Source: Camelus ferus (lineage: Eukaryota). Taken from it: a stretch of 64,000 nucleotides of DNA. The notes under the pieces were generated by a model that saw only the letters and a list, made by a program, of their open reading frames with translations, made no database searches and was not told where the DNA came from. The stretch is from positions 115,012,001 to 115,076,000 of the forward strand of contig NC_045697.1 in assembly GCF_009834535.1 (NCBI RefSeq), given 5' to 3'. The translations under genes were made by a program, and so were the position numbers. Positions 38,261 through 52,315 of the stretch are shown in pieces (position 1 is the stretch's first letter; each line of letters starts with the position of its first letter).

Positions 38261-38550
38261 GAGTCATAGACATAGAATACAAACTTGTGGTTGCCAGGGG
38301 GAGAGGGGTGGGAAGGGACAGACTGGGAGTTTGAGATTTGTAGATACTGACAGGCATATGCAGAATAGATAAACCAGATCATACTGTATAACACAGGGAA
38401 ATGTATACAGGATCCTGTGGTAGCTCACGGTGAAAAAGAATGTGACAATGAATATATGCATGTTCATGTATAACTGAAACATTGTGCTCTACACTGGAAT
38501 TTGACACAACACAGTAAACTGACTATGACTCAATAAAGTAAAATTTTTAA
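38261..38550 (+). mobile_element. Young L1 3'UTR fragment
   Basis: catagacatagaatacaaacttgtggttgcc...ttgtgctctacactggaatttgacacaac...ctcaataaa, flanked by aacaaaacaa repeats. Confidence 0.9.
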
Positions 38551-38689
38551 AAAATAACAAAACAAAGAGGGAGACAGTTACAAAAATGTATAACATATAC
38601 ATAAGTGGAATAAAAGAAAGAGAAAGGGAAAGTGCAGAGGAAATACTTTTAGTAATAATGGCCAAAACATTGAAAATATAAAGAAAGAA

Positions 38690-38995
38690 GCCAGTTACAA
38701 AATAATACATTCATATAAGTGTATTCATATAAATGTCCAGAATAGGGAAATTTATAGGGACAGAAAGTACATTAGTGGTTGCCTAGGGGATGGGAAGGTG
38801 ATGAAAGGATGGATCATTATAGCTAAAGAGCACAGGGTTTCTTTTTGAAGTGATAAAAATGTTCTAAAATTGACCTTTCTGATGATAGAACATATCAGTG
38901 ACTATACTAAAAACCATTGAATTGTACACTTTCAATGGATGTATTTTATACTATAGGAGCTGTATCTCAATAAAGCTGTTAAAAGTAAAATTAAA
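38690..38995 (+). mobile_element. L1MB-type 3' end nested in older L1 ORF1
   Basis: aatgtccagaatagg...ttagtggttgcctaggg...aaaatgttctaaaattg...ctcaataaagctgtt. TSD-like taatggccaaaac / taatggctcaaaac. Confidence 0.85.
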
Positions 38996-41900
38996 AAATT
39001 AATGGCTCAAAACTTTCCAATTTAATGACAGACATCAAACCACCAAACCACAGACTCAGGAAACTTAGAGAACATTAAACAGAATAAACATTAAACTAAA
39101 ACATAACAACAACAACATAAAACACCCAGATAAATTATATCCAAGTTGCAGAAAACCGCAGATAGTAGGAAGTTTTGAATGAAGACAGAGAGGAGGTGGG
39201 CATCTTAGGTATCAAAGAGCCAGCTAAAGAATCACAGTTGACATCCCATCAGAAACCATGTCAGTGAGGAGCATGTCAAAAGAGCAAAGTCATCAACCTA
39301 TAATTCTATGTCCATTGAAATTATCTACCAAAAGTGAAGGAGGAATAGAGATTTTCTCAGACAAAACAAAAACAAAAACACTAACAGAATCCATTGCCAG
39401 CAGTCCTGCCCTGCAAGAAATGTTAAAAATTCTTCAGGCAGAAGGAAAATATTGGTCAGACACGTGGATGTACATAAAGAAAGTAAACACATCAGAAAAG
39501 AAATAAATGAGGTTAAAGTAATTTTATTTTCTTATATTTTATTGATCTAAAAGAAAACTCTGTTTTTAATGGAACAATAGTAAGAATGTTCCATTGGGTG
39601 ATTGGAGTACATGATTACTGTAATGAGGGACAATAGTATCACAAGGGACAGAAAGGAGGAATTGGAATATGGGAAGTTACCTGCACTACACATGATAGAG
39701 TGTACTGTTATATGAAGCTGCATTTAAATTAGTTAAAATGTATATTATAAACTCTAGAACAATCACTTAAATCTTACAAATAAATATATTTAATAGTGTA
39801 AGAGAACTGATAACAATTGAAACATTTAATTATAAAATGCTAGATTAAAACCAGAGAATACAGAATGATAGAAGGGAAAAAGAATAATAAATGTAATGAA
39901 TAGAAAATGGTTGCATACATGGTAGATATTAATCCAATTCTGTCAATAATCACATTAAACGCCTAAAAGCACATATTAAAAGGTAGTAATTGTCAGAGTG
40001 GATAAAAATGACAAAATCCATTATATATCATCTGAAAGAAACCCATTTTAAATATAAAGATTCACATATGCTAAAAGCAAAATAATGTCAAAAGATATAT
40101 CAGGTTGATAATAATAAAAAGAAAGTTGAAAAAGCTACATTAATTCCAGATAGATCAGACCTTAAACCAAGGAATGTTATCAGGGGTATTCATAATGATT
40201 CTCCAAGAAAACATAATAGTCTTAACATCCATGACCTAATAAGAGAAAGTCAAAATACATAAGCCAAAAACTTTAAGTGGTCAAAGGAGAAACACACAAA
40301 TCCGACTTCAACATCTTCTTTTCAATAATTAGCAGATCAAACAGGCAAAAAATAAATGAGGCTATAGAAGACCTAAACAAACGTATTAACCAACTTGATC
40401 TCATTTACAGAGAACATTCCATCCAACAGCAAAATACAAATTCTTCTCAAACTCACATGAAACATTCACCAAAGCAGTCCAATTTCTAGGCCATAAAATA
40501 CACTGAACAAATTTTAGAAGAATATATTATCGTACAAAGTATATTCTCAGACAGTAATGAAGTTAAATTAGAAATTAATAACAAAAAGATACCAAAAAAA
40601 TTCCCAAAATTTTGGAGAATAAACAACACACTTATAAATAACATAGAGGTCAAAGAAGGAGTCATAAGAGAAATTAAAACAATAGTTTGAACTAAGTGAA
40701 TACAAAAAACTCATCAAAACCTGTAGGATGTATGGAAGGAAGCAGTGCTTAGAAGGAAATTTATGACACTGAATGCCTATGATAGAAAATACTCAAAATA
40801 AATAATCCAATCTTTTACTCCAGGAAACCAGAGAAAAAAAAAGAGCAATGTAATACTAAAGTAAGCAGAAGGGAAATGAAAAAAATTAGCAAAATTCAGT
40901 TAAATCACAAGCAGAAAGCAATAGAGAAAATCAATGTAACACAAAGCTGTTCCTTTGAAATTATTAGTGAAATTGAAAAAAAAGTGACTTTTCATTCATT
41001 TTTCCATTCTTACTCATTTAATCTAATAAAATAGTGTGTAAGTCCATATAGTGTAACACATCAATGCACTAAAGGTGTTACTCTGTGTAAATGTTAAAGG
41101 TTGTATCTATTTAAGTATCAAGGTTATAGTAACAGAATCATTATCTCCTAGATGACCATAATTTTGTTTTTTACCCTGATGATATGTTAATTCTGTATTC
41201 ATGTTACACTTTTTTTTCAGTTTGAAAATATATGATACATTTAGTATGAGGAATTAAAAGTATAATATTACTATAAGAAGTTTTTTTCTTATTCCACAAT
41301 AACATATTTTTGTTTTGTTTTTGTTTTATTTCATGTTTTTGAATTTATATGAACTTTTGTATCAATTATCAGCAGATTTCAGGCAAACCACTTTTAACAC
41401 TGCAGAGTATTATTTTAATAAATGCCATGATTCTGAAAAGCAAAGATAAATGAACAAACACATTATGAAAAACTCAAAATCAAGGAAATCACCTGGAGAA
41501 TAAAAAAGCACTAATCTGGGATACCTAACACAACAAAGAAGGTTCAAATAATTGAATAACTTATTTAAATTCGTTATGAAATCTGTTTTTTAAAGAATTA
41601 TTAAGCCCTCGTATCTTCACTCTGTTTCACAATGTGAAATTTCACGCGGACTATGGATTCTGGTACATAAATATATGCTACAAAAAAGCACAAATCTAGC
41701 ATGCTTGTGTTCGGACATTCCACAAAGTGTGAGCCCTCATCTAATCTATGCATATAGAGAAAGATGCGAATTCTCAAAGCTTGTGAAATGTATTTATATA
41801 CATACATGTCAGAAATAAGGGTTTTGCATGCCTTTTATTTAGCTTGTGTGATTAACGTGATGAAATTTGAGGTCGTTGTGGAGTGCAGGATTATAGCTGT

Positions 41901-43649
41901 GAACACATCGGAGACTAATCCTGAGGGAGATGTTAAGACAAGATCTTAAGGGGCCTTGTCTTTGCTGATTGATTCAAACAGTCAACCAGCGGGAGTCTCC
42001 GATGCACGGAGAGAAAGTTCCAGTTGCATGCAGTCCACGAGCATCCATCAGACCTGTTCTGGGTTATAAAGCGCATTCGCACGACTGTACCTCAGCGGCC
42101 ACCAGCCAGCTGCTTCCGTGCGCATGGCTGCAGGCATGCCTGTGAACCCAGGACTGGACATCTAGTTCATTGGGGTGTCTCTGCTTTTCCCACTCTTCTC
42201 GGTTGTTGCCGTTCTTCCTATAAATGACTTCCTTTTACATTCTGATTCTAGCTTTATCGACAAACCGATAGTTTAACAATGTTTATAATTTTGCCCACAC
42301 CATAAGTAGTGCCTTAATAGAAAACATCATTGCCCCTAACTCAGTTTTTACATTTTATTAATTCTTCAATCTACAGATTATCCTACTTTATGAAGCTCAA
42401 ATATTTGAAATACACTTAACACATTATCATATGGATCTGAAAATAGTGAAAACTCAGCAAAATGCATGACTGTCCGTTTGAAACTCTCTAAAGGTGAACT
42501 TTGTTAGAGATTAAGAAAGGATATGTAAAACTTCTATGTTGTTATGATATTAGTGCAAATATAATATTTCAGATAATCATCCATAGAGACTAGACCATAA
42601 ATCTTCAGCAAAAATAGTCAGATAAATGATTCACTTTAAAATTCTCCCCAAATGACTCGCAGAAACTTTAGAAACAGGAAACATTTCTCCTATGGCTGTT
42701 GCCCATTTTCCTAAGCAGAGAAGCTCAAGCATTTGTGCCCATCAAACTAAGACATAAAATAAAAATAAGTAAATAAACACTTTCAAAAGTTGAAAAAAAA
42801 TCTGTGCTATTATGTTTTCTTCAGTTCTTATTCAACAAACATTGATAATGGACAATTAACATTTCAGTTTTATTGGTAAGAATGATCCTAAATCACACTT
42901 CATAAGGAAAACGCACAATTTGAGATTTGTACTTGAATATGTTCATTTTCCAGATTCAACTGATGATCATTGCACAAAAAGTCATTCTTCACAGGTTTTG
43001 CTTTTAGTTCTGTATGCTTTACATACATACAGCTCTTTAATTATGAAAGTGTATACTCCACTTAAAATTCTGGCAAAGGAACAGTTTATGTGTGTAATAA
43101 AGACAAAATACCACAGGTAGGTTATAAAGATGGTAAAGATATTAAATAAGGTTATAAAATTAGCTTCTGTGTTGTGTGTTAAAAATGAAAGCATCCTTTA
43201 GAAACAGAGGATAATGAGTTTGAGCTATTTGAAGAAAAAATATATGCATGCATCGGGATTAGAGATTACCTGGTGAATTGTCATTAGAGAGAAATGCTGA
43301 ACAATTGAAAAGCTGTAAGTAGTTTTTTTTTTTTTTTTATTCCAGAGAAATAGAGATTTCATCTTTAGAGATGTTAACTACTTCAAAAATTAAATACATT
43401 TTAATTGTGTAGACTTAGGTTATTCTTTGTAACAGGTAACTAGAAAGTTTACTAAATTAATGTCAATCTGTACTTGTTAATGCATCTTACACACTTTCCA
43501 ACTCTTACTTAAATAATTTCAAATATATAATGAAGAATTTAAAGTGACCCTGATTGAATTTTTAAAAAATCTTTTTATCATCAAGCTCCAGAGAAAAATT
43601 AAATGTTAAATCCACTCAATTTAATATCCCAAGGTGCTAAAAATAAGCA

Positions 43650-43840
43650 CACGTAGAGTCTTTAACATGTGAAGACATTGTTCAAGGTAGTTTAGAAATA
43701 ATATCTCAGTTAATTCTCACAAAAATGCCTTGAGTGTGGCCCCACAGATATCTCAGTTTTGCACAACATTTAAGCATCTTATCCAAGTTTTCACAACTAC
43801 TAGCTGGTGGATCCTGAGTTGGAATCCAGGCAACCGATAC
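43650..43840 (-). mobile_element. MIR
   Basis: taattctcacaa...ttatccaagttttcacaactactag..ggtgga...ggaatccaggc. Confidence 0.6.
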
Positions 43841-43897
43841 AGTTTGGTTCTTTCTTAAGAAGCAACAAGGCCTTGCAATAGGAATTATGCTACACTG

Positions 43898-44104
43898 TTT
43901 TTTGTTTTGTTTTGTTTTGTTTAATTGAAGTTTAGTCAGTTACAATGTGTCAATTTCTGGTGTACACCATATTGTCCCAGTCATGCATATATATATATAT
44001 ATATATTCATTTTCATATTATTTTTGATTAAAGGTTATTACAAGACATTGAGTATAGTTCCCTGTGCTATACAGAAGAAATCTGTTTTTTATCTATTTTT
44101 ATAC
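43898..44104 (-). mobile_element. Short young L1 3' end
   Basis: (TTTTG)n tail followed by ttgaagtttagtcagttacaatgtgtcaatttctggtgtac...tagttccctgtgctatac. Confidence 0.9.
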
Positions 44105-44842
44105 TGCCTCTTGAAAGACATTAAAGGCCAAAATCAAATGATCTGGCCCTTTTAAGATACAATTCAAATTCTAAAATTCTTGAGTTATAACCAAGTCCAA
44201 AGAATCATCTTTCCTCATTTTATTTTCTGATCAAGGTGACAAGAGAGGGCACTGTGAATAGAATTGAGAGCAACTGAATTGGTCAAATGTCAAAGCTCTG
44301 GTAGATCTCAATGTATAGAGACAAGAAATAAGAAAAGGAAAGACCAATGTTATGCTCTTCTAATACCCTTAAGATTTAGGGAAGGGCCCTACCACCCAGT
44401 CATCTGGCCGTAAAGCAGTCATCTCAGGTGAAATCACGTTCTTAGAACAGTTACAAATATGGCAACAGATCGTAGCAGTAATTCAGTGGTATCTGAGAGA
44501 AGGAGACACTTTGTTAGGCTCATCAGCGCGACAATCAGTGGATAAAAGTTGTCGGGAAGATAAAACCTCTGAATTTAAGCTTATTTTGGCAAATCTCTTA
44601 ACATGCTAATTTTGTACTAGGCACGCACAATGTCTGTGGGGTGATTCAACTTGTGTAGATGAATCATAGCTGCCATTTTTTGCAAAGTTTAGAGATTTGT
44701 CATGTTGGCAAAGCCCCAGTTAGCAGAAATAACTGAAGGTGACTTTATTTTATATCCAGTATATGCAGATCTTAATTTCCATGTCTTCTGAGTCCCCTGT
44801 CTCTGGCACTCTGTACTGCATTGAGAGTGGTCTTGACCAAGT

Positions 44843-45317
44843 ATTTATTTATTTTTTAAATTTTAATTGAAGTATAGTTGATTTGCAGTGCTCTGTTAGT
44901 TTCAGGGGTACAGCAAAGTGATTCCATTATATATACATACATATATATATATTATTTTTCAGATTATCTTCCATTATGGGTTATTGCAAGATATTGAATA
45001 TAGTTCTCTGTGCTATACAGTAGGTCCTTATTGTTTATCTATTTTGTATACAGTAGTGTACATCTGTTAATCCCATACTCTTAATTTATGCCTCCTCCTC
45101 TTCCCCTTTGGTAACTAAAGTTTGTTTTCTATGTCTGTGATTCTATTTCCAGTTTGTAAATAAGTTCATTTGTATCATTTTTTTAAATTCCACATATAAG
45201 TGCTATCATATGATTTTTGTCTTTCTCTGTCTGACTGACTTACTATGATAATCTATACATCCAACCATGTTATTTCAGATGGCATTATTTCAATCTTTTT
45301 CATGACTAATGTTCCCT

Positions 45318-45365
<48 letters not shown>

Positions 45366-45553
45366 TATAACACAACTGCTTTATCCAATCTTCTGTGGAT
45401 GGACATTTAGGTTGCTTCCATATCTTAGCTAGTGTAAATAGTGCTGCTATGAACATTGGGGCTCACATATCTTTTCAAATTAGAGTTTCCTCCAGATATT
45501 TGCCAGGAGAGGAATTGCTGGATCATATGGTAACTCTACTTTTAGTTTTTTAA
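44843..45553 (-). mobile_element. 5'-truncated L1 (ORF2 end + 3'UTR)
   Basis: ORF 45253..45456(-) MFIAALFTLAKIWKQPKCPSTEDWIK, internal (TG)(TA)(CA) microsatellite, 3'UTR. Confidence 0.95.
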
Positions 45554-46119
45554 GCATTAGTTCTTGTTTTTATTCAGTTTTCACTATATAAGAAGTAGGC
45601 ATTTGAATTGTTTACCCATAAAGAATATTAGGGAGATAATATCTTTGCAAATCTATCCAAGAGTATTTTTATATTGCATCCACACTCTAATTACAGTTGA
45701 CTGTACATAGAACTCTTGAGATATATTATTTGTATATATCTTTATATAAATATAAATATGTAAATATTACTTTCATTAATAAACTTTCAGTTTTATTTCT
45801 ATTTTGAGATTTCTATTCATTTATGAGTGCTTTCTTTAATATTTTATAGTTTGAATATTTTACCAAATATATCTAATGGCGGTTCTCTGTTCACAAATGT
45901 TTCCTATAAAATAATATAAAATCTCAAATTTCAGAAAAAAAGAATCATTTTTATGATATTTTTGTAAATATTTACTTAATTGCTTTCATTCTCTCTGTTC
46001 TTATATTTGTCCATAAGTCATACTGTATGTAAATTAGATCAGTGCAGTATGGTCCTCCACAGCATATGGTCAGATTTCTTTAAGCATTTTAGGAATTCAT
46101 GTTGAGTAGGACATGCCAG

Positions 46120-46470
46120 GCATCCTTTGCCTCAGGACTTCTGTACTGTCTCTTGCTTCTGCCTGAATTGTTCGGATAACCATTCAGATCAACCCCTTTC
46201 CTCCTAATGAAGGCTTCAAGACCTCTTTTTATGAATACAATTATGTTTTCCCTAGGATTTCAGACCAACTTACTCAGCTCTTATTTTTTAAATGGCTTTG
46301 ATTTATGATACTTGATTTCTTATGTCTAATGTTTACTTTTTCTTTCATCTGCTGAAATGTGCCATAAGGCCAAAAGGGCAGATATTATTATATTTTTTTC
46401 TGATGTAGCTCAAATGCCAGATCTGTATCTTGAGCAAAGAAGTGCAAAAAAAATGTTGAATGAATAAATT
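46120..46470 (+). mobile_element. L2 3' fragment
   Basis: tgcctcaggacttctgtactg...cttctgcctgaat...tgttgaatgaataaat. Confidence 0.6.
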
Positions 46471-46759
46471 CTCATTAATGGTTATATTATTTTCCATAAA
46501 TTTTGGTTAGTAACATGAATATTAGTAAAATTAGCAAAAATTAATGTCTTTCTTCTTTAATGTGTTTTCTCTACTTGCATTATAAGGCACAAAGATATTT
46601 ACATATTTGGTTTTGGTTAGTGTTGAAGATTGCTCTTAAAGCAGCTTGTATCACTTTAAATCTCTCCTGACAGCTGTCTTTATTTTCAATATTCTCATTA
46701 ACAGTGGTCATTATATTTTTATATCTGGAATGTGATAGGCAAAACATTTTCATTTATTC

Positions 46760-47150
46760 ATTTATTTTTTTCAACTGTCATTTATTCTTTTAACAAAAAT
46801 TTTTTCAGCTTGGATTGAGCATCCTATAGTGCCAGGTGGTTGTGTACCTACTAGAGAATGCTATTCCACCTGTCAAATGATGCCTTTACATTCATGAGTC
46901 TTTTTAGCAGAAGAGGTTAAAGAAAATTAGACAACGCAATATCCAATGTACGTAGCAATACATCAAAATAACGTCTCTTATAGCAGTGGTTGGGTAGCTA
47001 TTTGCTTAGATGGACAGGAAAGTCTTCTTTCAAAAATAATATATAAGATGAACCTGGAGTGTTCAGAAGGAGTCACCCATGCAAAGATGGACAGAGATGG
47101 CAGCTAAGACAAAGGCAACAGATGATGATCATCTTGACATGCTGACTGAA
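46760..47150 (-). mobile_element. L2 3' fragment
   Basis: attgagcatcctatagtgccagg...caggaaagtcttc...aagatgaacctg...aaggagtcacccatgcaaagat. Confidence 0.6.
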
Positions 47151-49111
47151 ATCGAGCGGAGAAGAAACACATCATGTTTTACAAAGCTTTTTCATTTGTT
47201 ACACAGCCAGGTACGCCTAAACTAAATATTCAAATACATGGCGTATTCCAAATCATTTACGCAAAGCCAAGTTCAGCAAATAAAAAATGCTATGTCAGTT
47301 TCAGAACTAGTTTTACTACTTTGTTCAAGCTTTTAAAACGAGATCTTAATGTATTGTTTCATTTATTATATTTATTGCGACTTAGGGGTAGCTAGACGTT
47401 CTAGTAAAAGAGGTCTCTTATAAATCATGATGATCGTTTAGTTGGCTTTGAATAATCCCAAATAATTAATCTATTTAGATTGAATCTACAAGGAACCATA
47501 TATAGCACTTCTAGATGTACTGCATTCTGCAAATATTTAGCATGCTTCTGTAGAAAAAAAGCTTTCTAAAACGAATTTACTTCTGTTTATTATAAAAATA
47601 TTTTTTCTAAGGAAAAAATGGCACTCTAAAAGCACTATATAGGTTAAAAAATGTATTCCTTTTGCTTGTTTCGAGCAGCCAGTTAAATTCAGAGTTGTCT
47701 CATCAAGGAAAGGATGGGCTCAGTGAACTAAAAGAAAACATTGATGTTTTAAGTAATTATTTAAATGTTTTCCTTTGAGTTTTTTTTTTATATTTTGCCT
47801 ACAGAGAGAAATATTTTGAGTCCAGCTAAAATGTTGTAGTAGAGAGAACTTGTGGAAGATCTCAAAAATCAACTGAGAGACATTTTTATACGGTTAGACA
47901 GTATTTTAAAAATAAATAAGAAACAGAAATGTATAACAGCAAAATACTGGTATCCTAAGATCTCTTGCCATATAAACTCTTATGACAAAAACTCATCAAT
48001 ACGTGTGGCTGTCTTTATAGGAACATATGTCAAGAAAACTATTAGAAAAAAGTCTAGTTATACTACTGAATCAACACTTATTTTATATCTTAGAAGGATG
48101 AGCAGCAAAAGATACAACTTGCTATGAGAGATATTGATTCTTAAATAAACCTAGGAATCTTTTGATAATTCCATTTCAATATGGCAACATTACTGCAAAG
48201 TGCTTTACTAACTATTAAGGATGTGGCCCTCTGGCCTGAAAGATGGTGTTGTCATGGTTGTCTAAAAAGTATTTTCATGGTTTATGGAATTTGTTCCTTG
48301 AAGGCATGAAATAGTCAGTTAACAACATTTATGTAAAAATTTATGTAACACGTATGTAAAATAAGTGCTACACGATATTTTAACCAAAAATAAAAATATC
48401 TAGTCAGAAAAGAAAATGTTCTAGGTTTTATTAGTGTTACATACCAGTGTAAATTCAGTCACAAATTTGCATTGCTGGTTTTCTGCTGTATTTTTCAAAA
48501 GAAAATAAAAATGAGCAAACAATATACTCATGGATTAAACAGTATTATGTATGCATAGCTAAACTCATACATGTATTTTAAATAACCAGAGTAATATTTG
48601 TTCCTCCAGGTGAAGAGGAGAAACCTGTTAAAATAATGGAAGAGATATACGCAGGTCTCCAGGAGATGTCTCTTCAAGGACCTTTTATAATGCCAAGAAT
48701 CAAGGCATTTTATTAAAATGTGCACTGAGCTGAAATTCAGGAGGAGATTGATGTTCTAGAGACTTTTTGCTATTAATTCACTGTGGGTTTTTAAACATTT
48801 CCTATAGTCTTTATATTCTTCCTCTCTCTGCATTTCAATTTGTGTTAAATAATACAAAGGTTTTGAAACGCTTGATCGCTAAAGAAGAAATGGATTCTAC
48901 AGCCTAAGAAGTGGCATGATATGTCATCACTGCTATTATTACTAAGCTTACATTTCTTTGCTCCCATAGCTTAAATGATGAGAAAATTTGGCTCACATAC
49001 AAATATCAAGCCCAGGGTTCTCACCAGTACCTTGTGGATTTCTCTACCTTTCCCAGCATGTATCAAAAGTGGGTCCAGATGTCCAGAGCTACTCCACTTC
49101 GCAATACTTTT

Positions 49112-49312
49112 GTTCGTTTGTTTTTAAATTTTATTTTTTATTGCAGTGTAGTTAATTTACAATGTTAGTTTCAGGTGGACAGCAAAGAGATTCAGTTATA
49201 CACACACATATATATATATAAACATAAATACATATATTAACATATATTTTCAGATTCTTTTCCATTATAGCTTATTATAAGAAACTGAATATAGTTCCCT
49301 GTGCTCTACAGT
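49112..49312 (-). mobile_element. Short L1 3' end
   Basis: L1 3'UTR with 17-bp TSD cacttcgcaatactttt (49095-49111) / cacatcacaatactttt (49313-49329). Confidence 0.9.
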
Positions 49313-49369
49313 CACATCACAATACTTTTTACTTCTATCAACATGAACCAAAATTGAGCCCCAGACACA

Positions 49370-49480
49370 AAACATTTTTACTAATGGAAAGACTGAGATT
49401 TGGTGAAACTGTATAATTTAACCACAGTCTCCTAACTAGGACATGGTGAAGCTGAGATTGGAAAATCAGGGTCTCGCTCT
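49370..49480 (-). mobile_element. MIR fragment
   Basis: cattttta..atggaaagactgag...tggtgaagctgagattgg...caggg. Confidence 0.5.
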
Positions 49481-51085
49481 TAGGAATGAAAGTAACGAAA
49501 GATGGCAAAGATATCTTGTGCCTAGGAACCTGATTCCAGATTACATGGTATTTTCAAATTTACTCATAGTCAGAAAAGCTGTTTAATTCCATTTTAAGTC
49601 AGAATTGAATTTGGTGTGAATAGCTGGTTTTCTAAGTTTCCAGTTATTCTTTTCTTTCATTATGATGTTATAAACTACTTTTGGGTAAAAGTGATTGCAA
49701 ATTTAAAAAAATGCTGTGGCATTATACAGCATTGTTTTAAAATGATTCGTTTTCTTGGAAATTTCATATTTTAAATAATAACAAAGTTTTTCAAAACACA
49801 ATTATGTTATGACCTTCTGGACAATAGTCCAACAGTAATATCTTAATCCAGATAATACAATTACTCAAGATGTGCAGCAAAATTAGTACTATGGATTAAA
49901 TGGTTTCACCATTTCTTAACTTGAAAATCCAGGCTCTTCTAATCTGACTTATGTATCTGCTCAAAAAAACATCTATATATTTTATTTTGCAATGTATATC
50001 CCAAGGAAGCAAGATTTCGTACTTTATATCAAAGGCAAGTAAATGCCTCCACACTCATAAAACAGCACTTTTAGTTCCATAGTTTATTACGTGTTGACTG
50101 TGAGATCACTTGGACCTTCAAGACTGAAATGTCTTCTGCCCAAGTTCTAAGTTGATGAAGACTGAAATGTAAGAAATGGTCTTCCTGTCAGGTTTTAAAA
50201 ATGACAGTCCAAAGAGAAAAGCGTGTGACCCTAGTGAGGTGTAAGAAGTCTGTCCTTAGGGAGAATTTATGTTGTGTTACTATGAGTGGGGAGATGGAAA
50301 CTTCCCCATTTAGACCTCCGTGTTGCTCCAGCTCAGAGGACCCAGTTTTAGGACTTCTGTCCTTTATGATAGACAGAGAAAAGTGAGAAAGTGTTCTTTT
50401 CCTTCACACAAGCACCTTCTCTTATTTGTTGACAATTGCCTCAAATATTAGTACTTTTGGCTTTCTAATTATACTGTATTTCATGCTATTCATTCTACTT
50501 TAATAAATACATAAAAATGTCCGTGACAGATAATTATATTGGAGAAAATAGCCAACAAAGCTATTACTTGTGCTCCATTAGTCACCAAGACAAACCAACA
50601 CAAAAACTTCGAACCACAGGCTGCACTGTTGCAATGTGAGCCCACTGAGCACCGTGGCTTCTCAGCACACTCTAATTTAAAAGTCCAAGTCCAAGCACAA
50701 ACATCTAAGGAATTATTTTGTATTAATTAAATTTTTTGATTGAATGCAAAATAAAGTAGTTGATTTATTACAACCTCAGTCAGCAAGGAACCAGGAGGAA
50801 AAAAAAAAATTAAAAGTGAATGGGAACAAAGATTGCTTTGAAAAGCTAGGAATAAAAATAATGGCAAACGTTTATTACGTGCCTGTGTTAACTCATTTAG
50901 ATGAACACGTATTTACATGTATAGCTATTTAAGCTGTTAAGCCCTCGGGGGCACACTATTGTTAACACATTTCTTTTACAGTTACCTTTTCATTATGGGT
51001 AAGATATGCAAATATTGGCAACCTACCGGGTTGCTAAGGCTCTTAATTCTAACTATATACAACCAGGAACTGGGCATAAACACTA

Positions 51086-51531
51086 CAGATCTACCTCGAC
51101 CTATAATGAGGTTATGGTCATAAGCTGACAATATAGTAAGTGCAAAATGCATTTAATACATCTAACCCACCGAGCGTTATGGCTTAGCCTCGCCTACCAT
51201 AAACATGTTCAGAGCACTCACTTAAACCTACAGTTGGACAAAATCATCTACAACAAAGCCTGTTTTACAATGAAATGGGGAGTATCTCATGTAATTTATT
51301 GAATACTGTACTGAAAGTGAAAAACAGAGTGGTCTTATGGGTACAGAAAGGTTGTCAGGGTGTCTGTGGTTTACTTGCATAATCGCGTGGCTGACTAGGA
51401 CCTGCCACAGGCCAGCATCACGAGAGAGGATCTTACCGCCTGTCACTAGTCTAGGAAAAGATCAAAACTCAAAATTCAGAGTGGCTTTTGCCCCATTATA
51501 AAGTCAAACCATTGTAAGCCAAGGATTGTCT
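51086..51531. mobile_element. TcMar-Tigger non-autonomous element (MER47/Tigger5-like)
   Basis: ta|cagatctacctcgacc...aaaatgcatttaataca...cctacagttggacaaaatcatc...gaatactgtactgaaagtgaaaaacag...accattgtaag. Confidence 0.85.
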
Positions 51532-51699
51532 TAGAAGGATTTGGGTCTTATTAGACCCAACACGAAGTTTTCCATTGCAGCATCTCAAATACCTGGAAAA
51601 AATATATTTCAATTAACAGCAGGGTTAGCCAACTTTTTTTGGTAAATGGCCAGAGAGTAAACATTTTTGGTTTTGCCAGCCACAAACACTCTCTTTAAC

Positions 51700-52150
51700 A
51701 CATTTGGAAGTCAGGTATAGGGGTCTCCCACTGGCCAAATATGGAACATTTTAGCATCATAGATTGTGTCTCCTCGAATTGATTCAGTCAAGAATAAATA
51801 AGGAAGTCTAAAACCAGTGATTCACAGTTTAACAAGAAGTGGGTATTTGCATAATCTCAGTGTATCGCCTATAAAATCATTGTTAATTACAAAGGGAAGA
51901 TGGGTAATTTTACGGTAGAGAAAATTGGCCGCCACCACCTTAGTCCCGTTAACCACGTTTCCACAATCAGCAATTCAACACATAGAACTTGTACAGCACC
52001 TCACAAAATGCAATTTGAAGACAATAAATAAAGTGGAGTCATTTCTGTGATATTTCTGCCCCCCCCCCAAATGGATCGCCTGGCTTTATTCATGAAGAAG
52101 CAAGAGATAAGTCCAAACTGATAAATGTTCTACAAGTGTTCTTGCAAAGT
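51700..52150 (+). mobile_element. L1MC-type 3' region fragment
   Basis: gtctcccactggccaaat...gggtatttgcataatctc...ttaattacaaagggaa...agagaaaattggc..caccacctta. Confidence 0.65.
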
Positions 52151-52189
52151 TTTTGTAAGGTTGAAATCTTACTGAAATCCAATACGTAA

Positions 52190-52315
52190 AAATAAAACAA
52201 ATTCCTGGAACCCAGGCCAGAATGAAGAAATCAGAATCTCTGGAAATGGCACCCAGAAAATGGCATTTTTAAATCTCCCCCAGGTGATGCTGATTTGCAG
52301 CCAGCTTTGAGATTT
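52190..52315. mobile_element. MER5-type fragment
   Basis: aatcagaatctctgg...gcatttttaaatctccccaggtgat. Confidence 0.65.

Larger units (their letters stand above)
36300..40980 (+). mobile_element. Old L1 (L1MC/MD-type): 5'UTR, ORF1, inter-ORF and ORF2 endonuclease; interrupted by 3 later insertions
   Basis: ORF 39258 QPIILCPLKLSTKSEGGIEIFSDK...PALQEMLK.LQAEGK matches the ORF1p C-terminus. ORF 40277 DFN..S.ISRSNRQKI..IEDLNKRINQLDLI matches ORF2p EN. The 5'UTR-like start near 36300 is less certain. Confidence 0.8.

Noticed and set aside
48610..48716. Acceptor ttgttcctccag followed by an open frame EEEKPVKIMEEIYAGLQEMSLQG
   Set aside because: No convincing donor, no recognisable homology and no partner exons.
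51542..51561. Hairpin ttgggtct-tatt-agacccaa
   Set aside because: An 8-bp stem is expected by chance in 64 kb.
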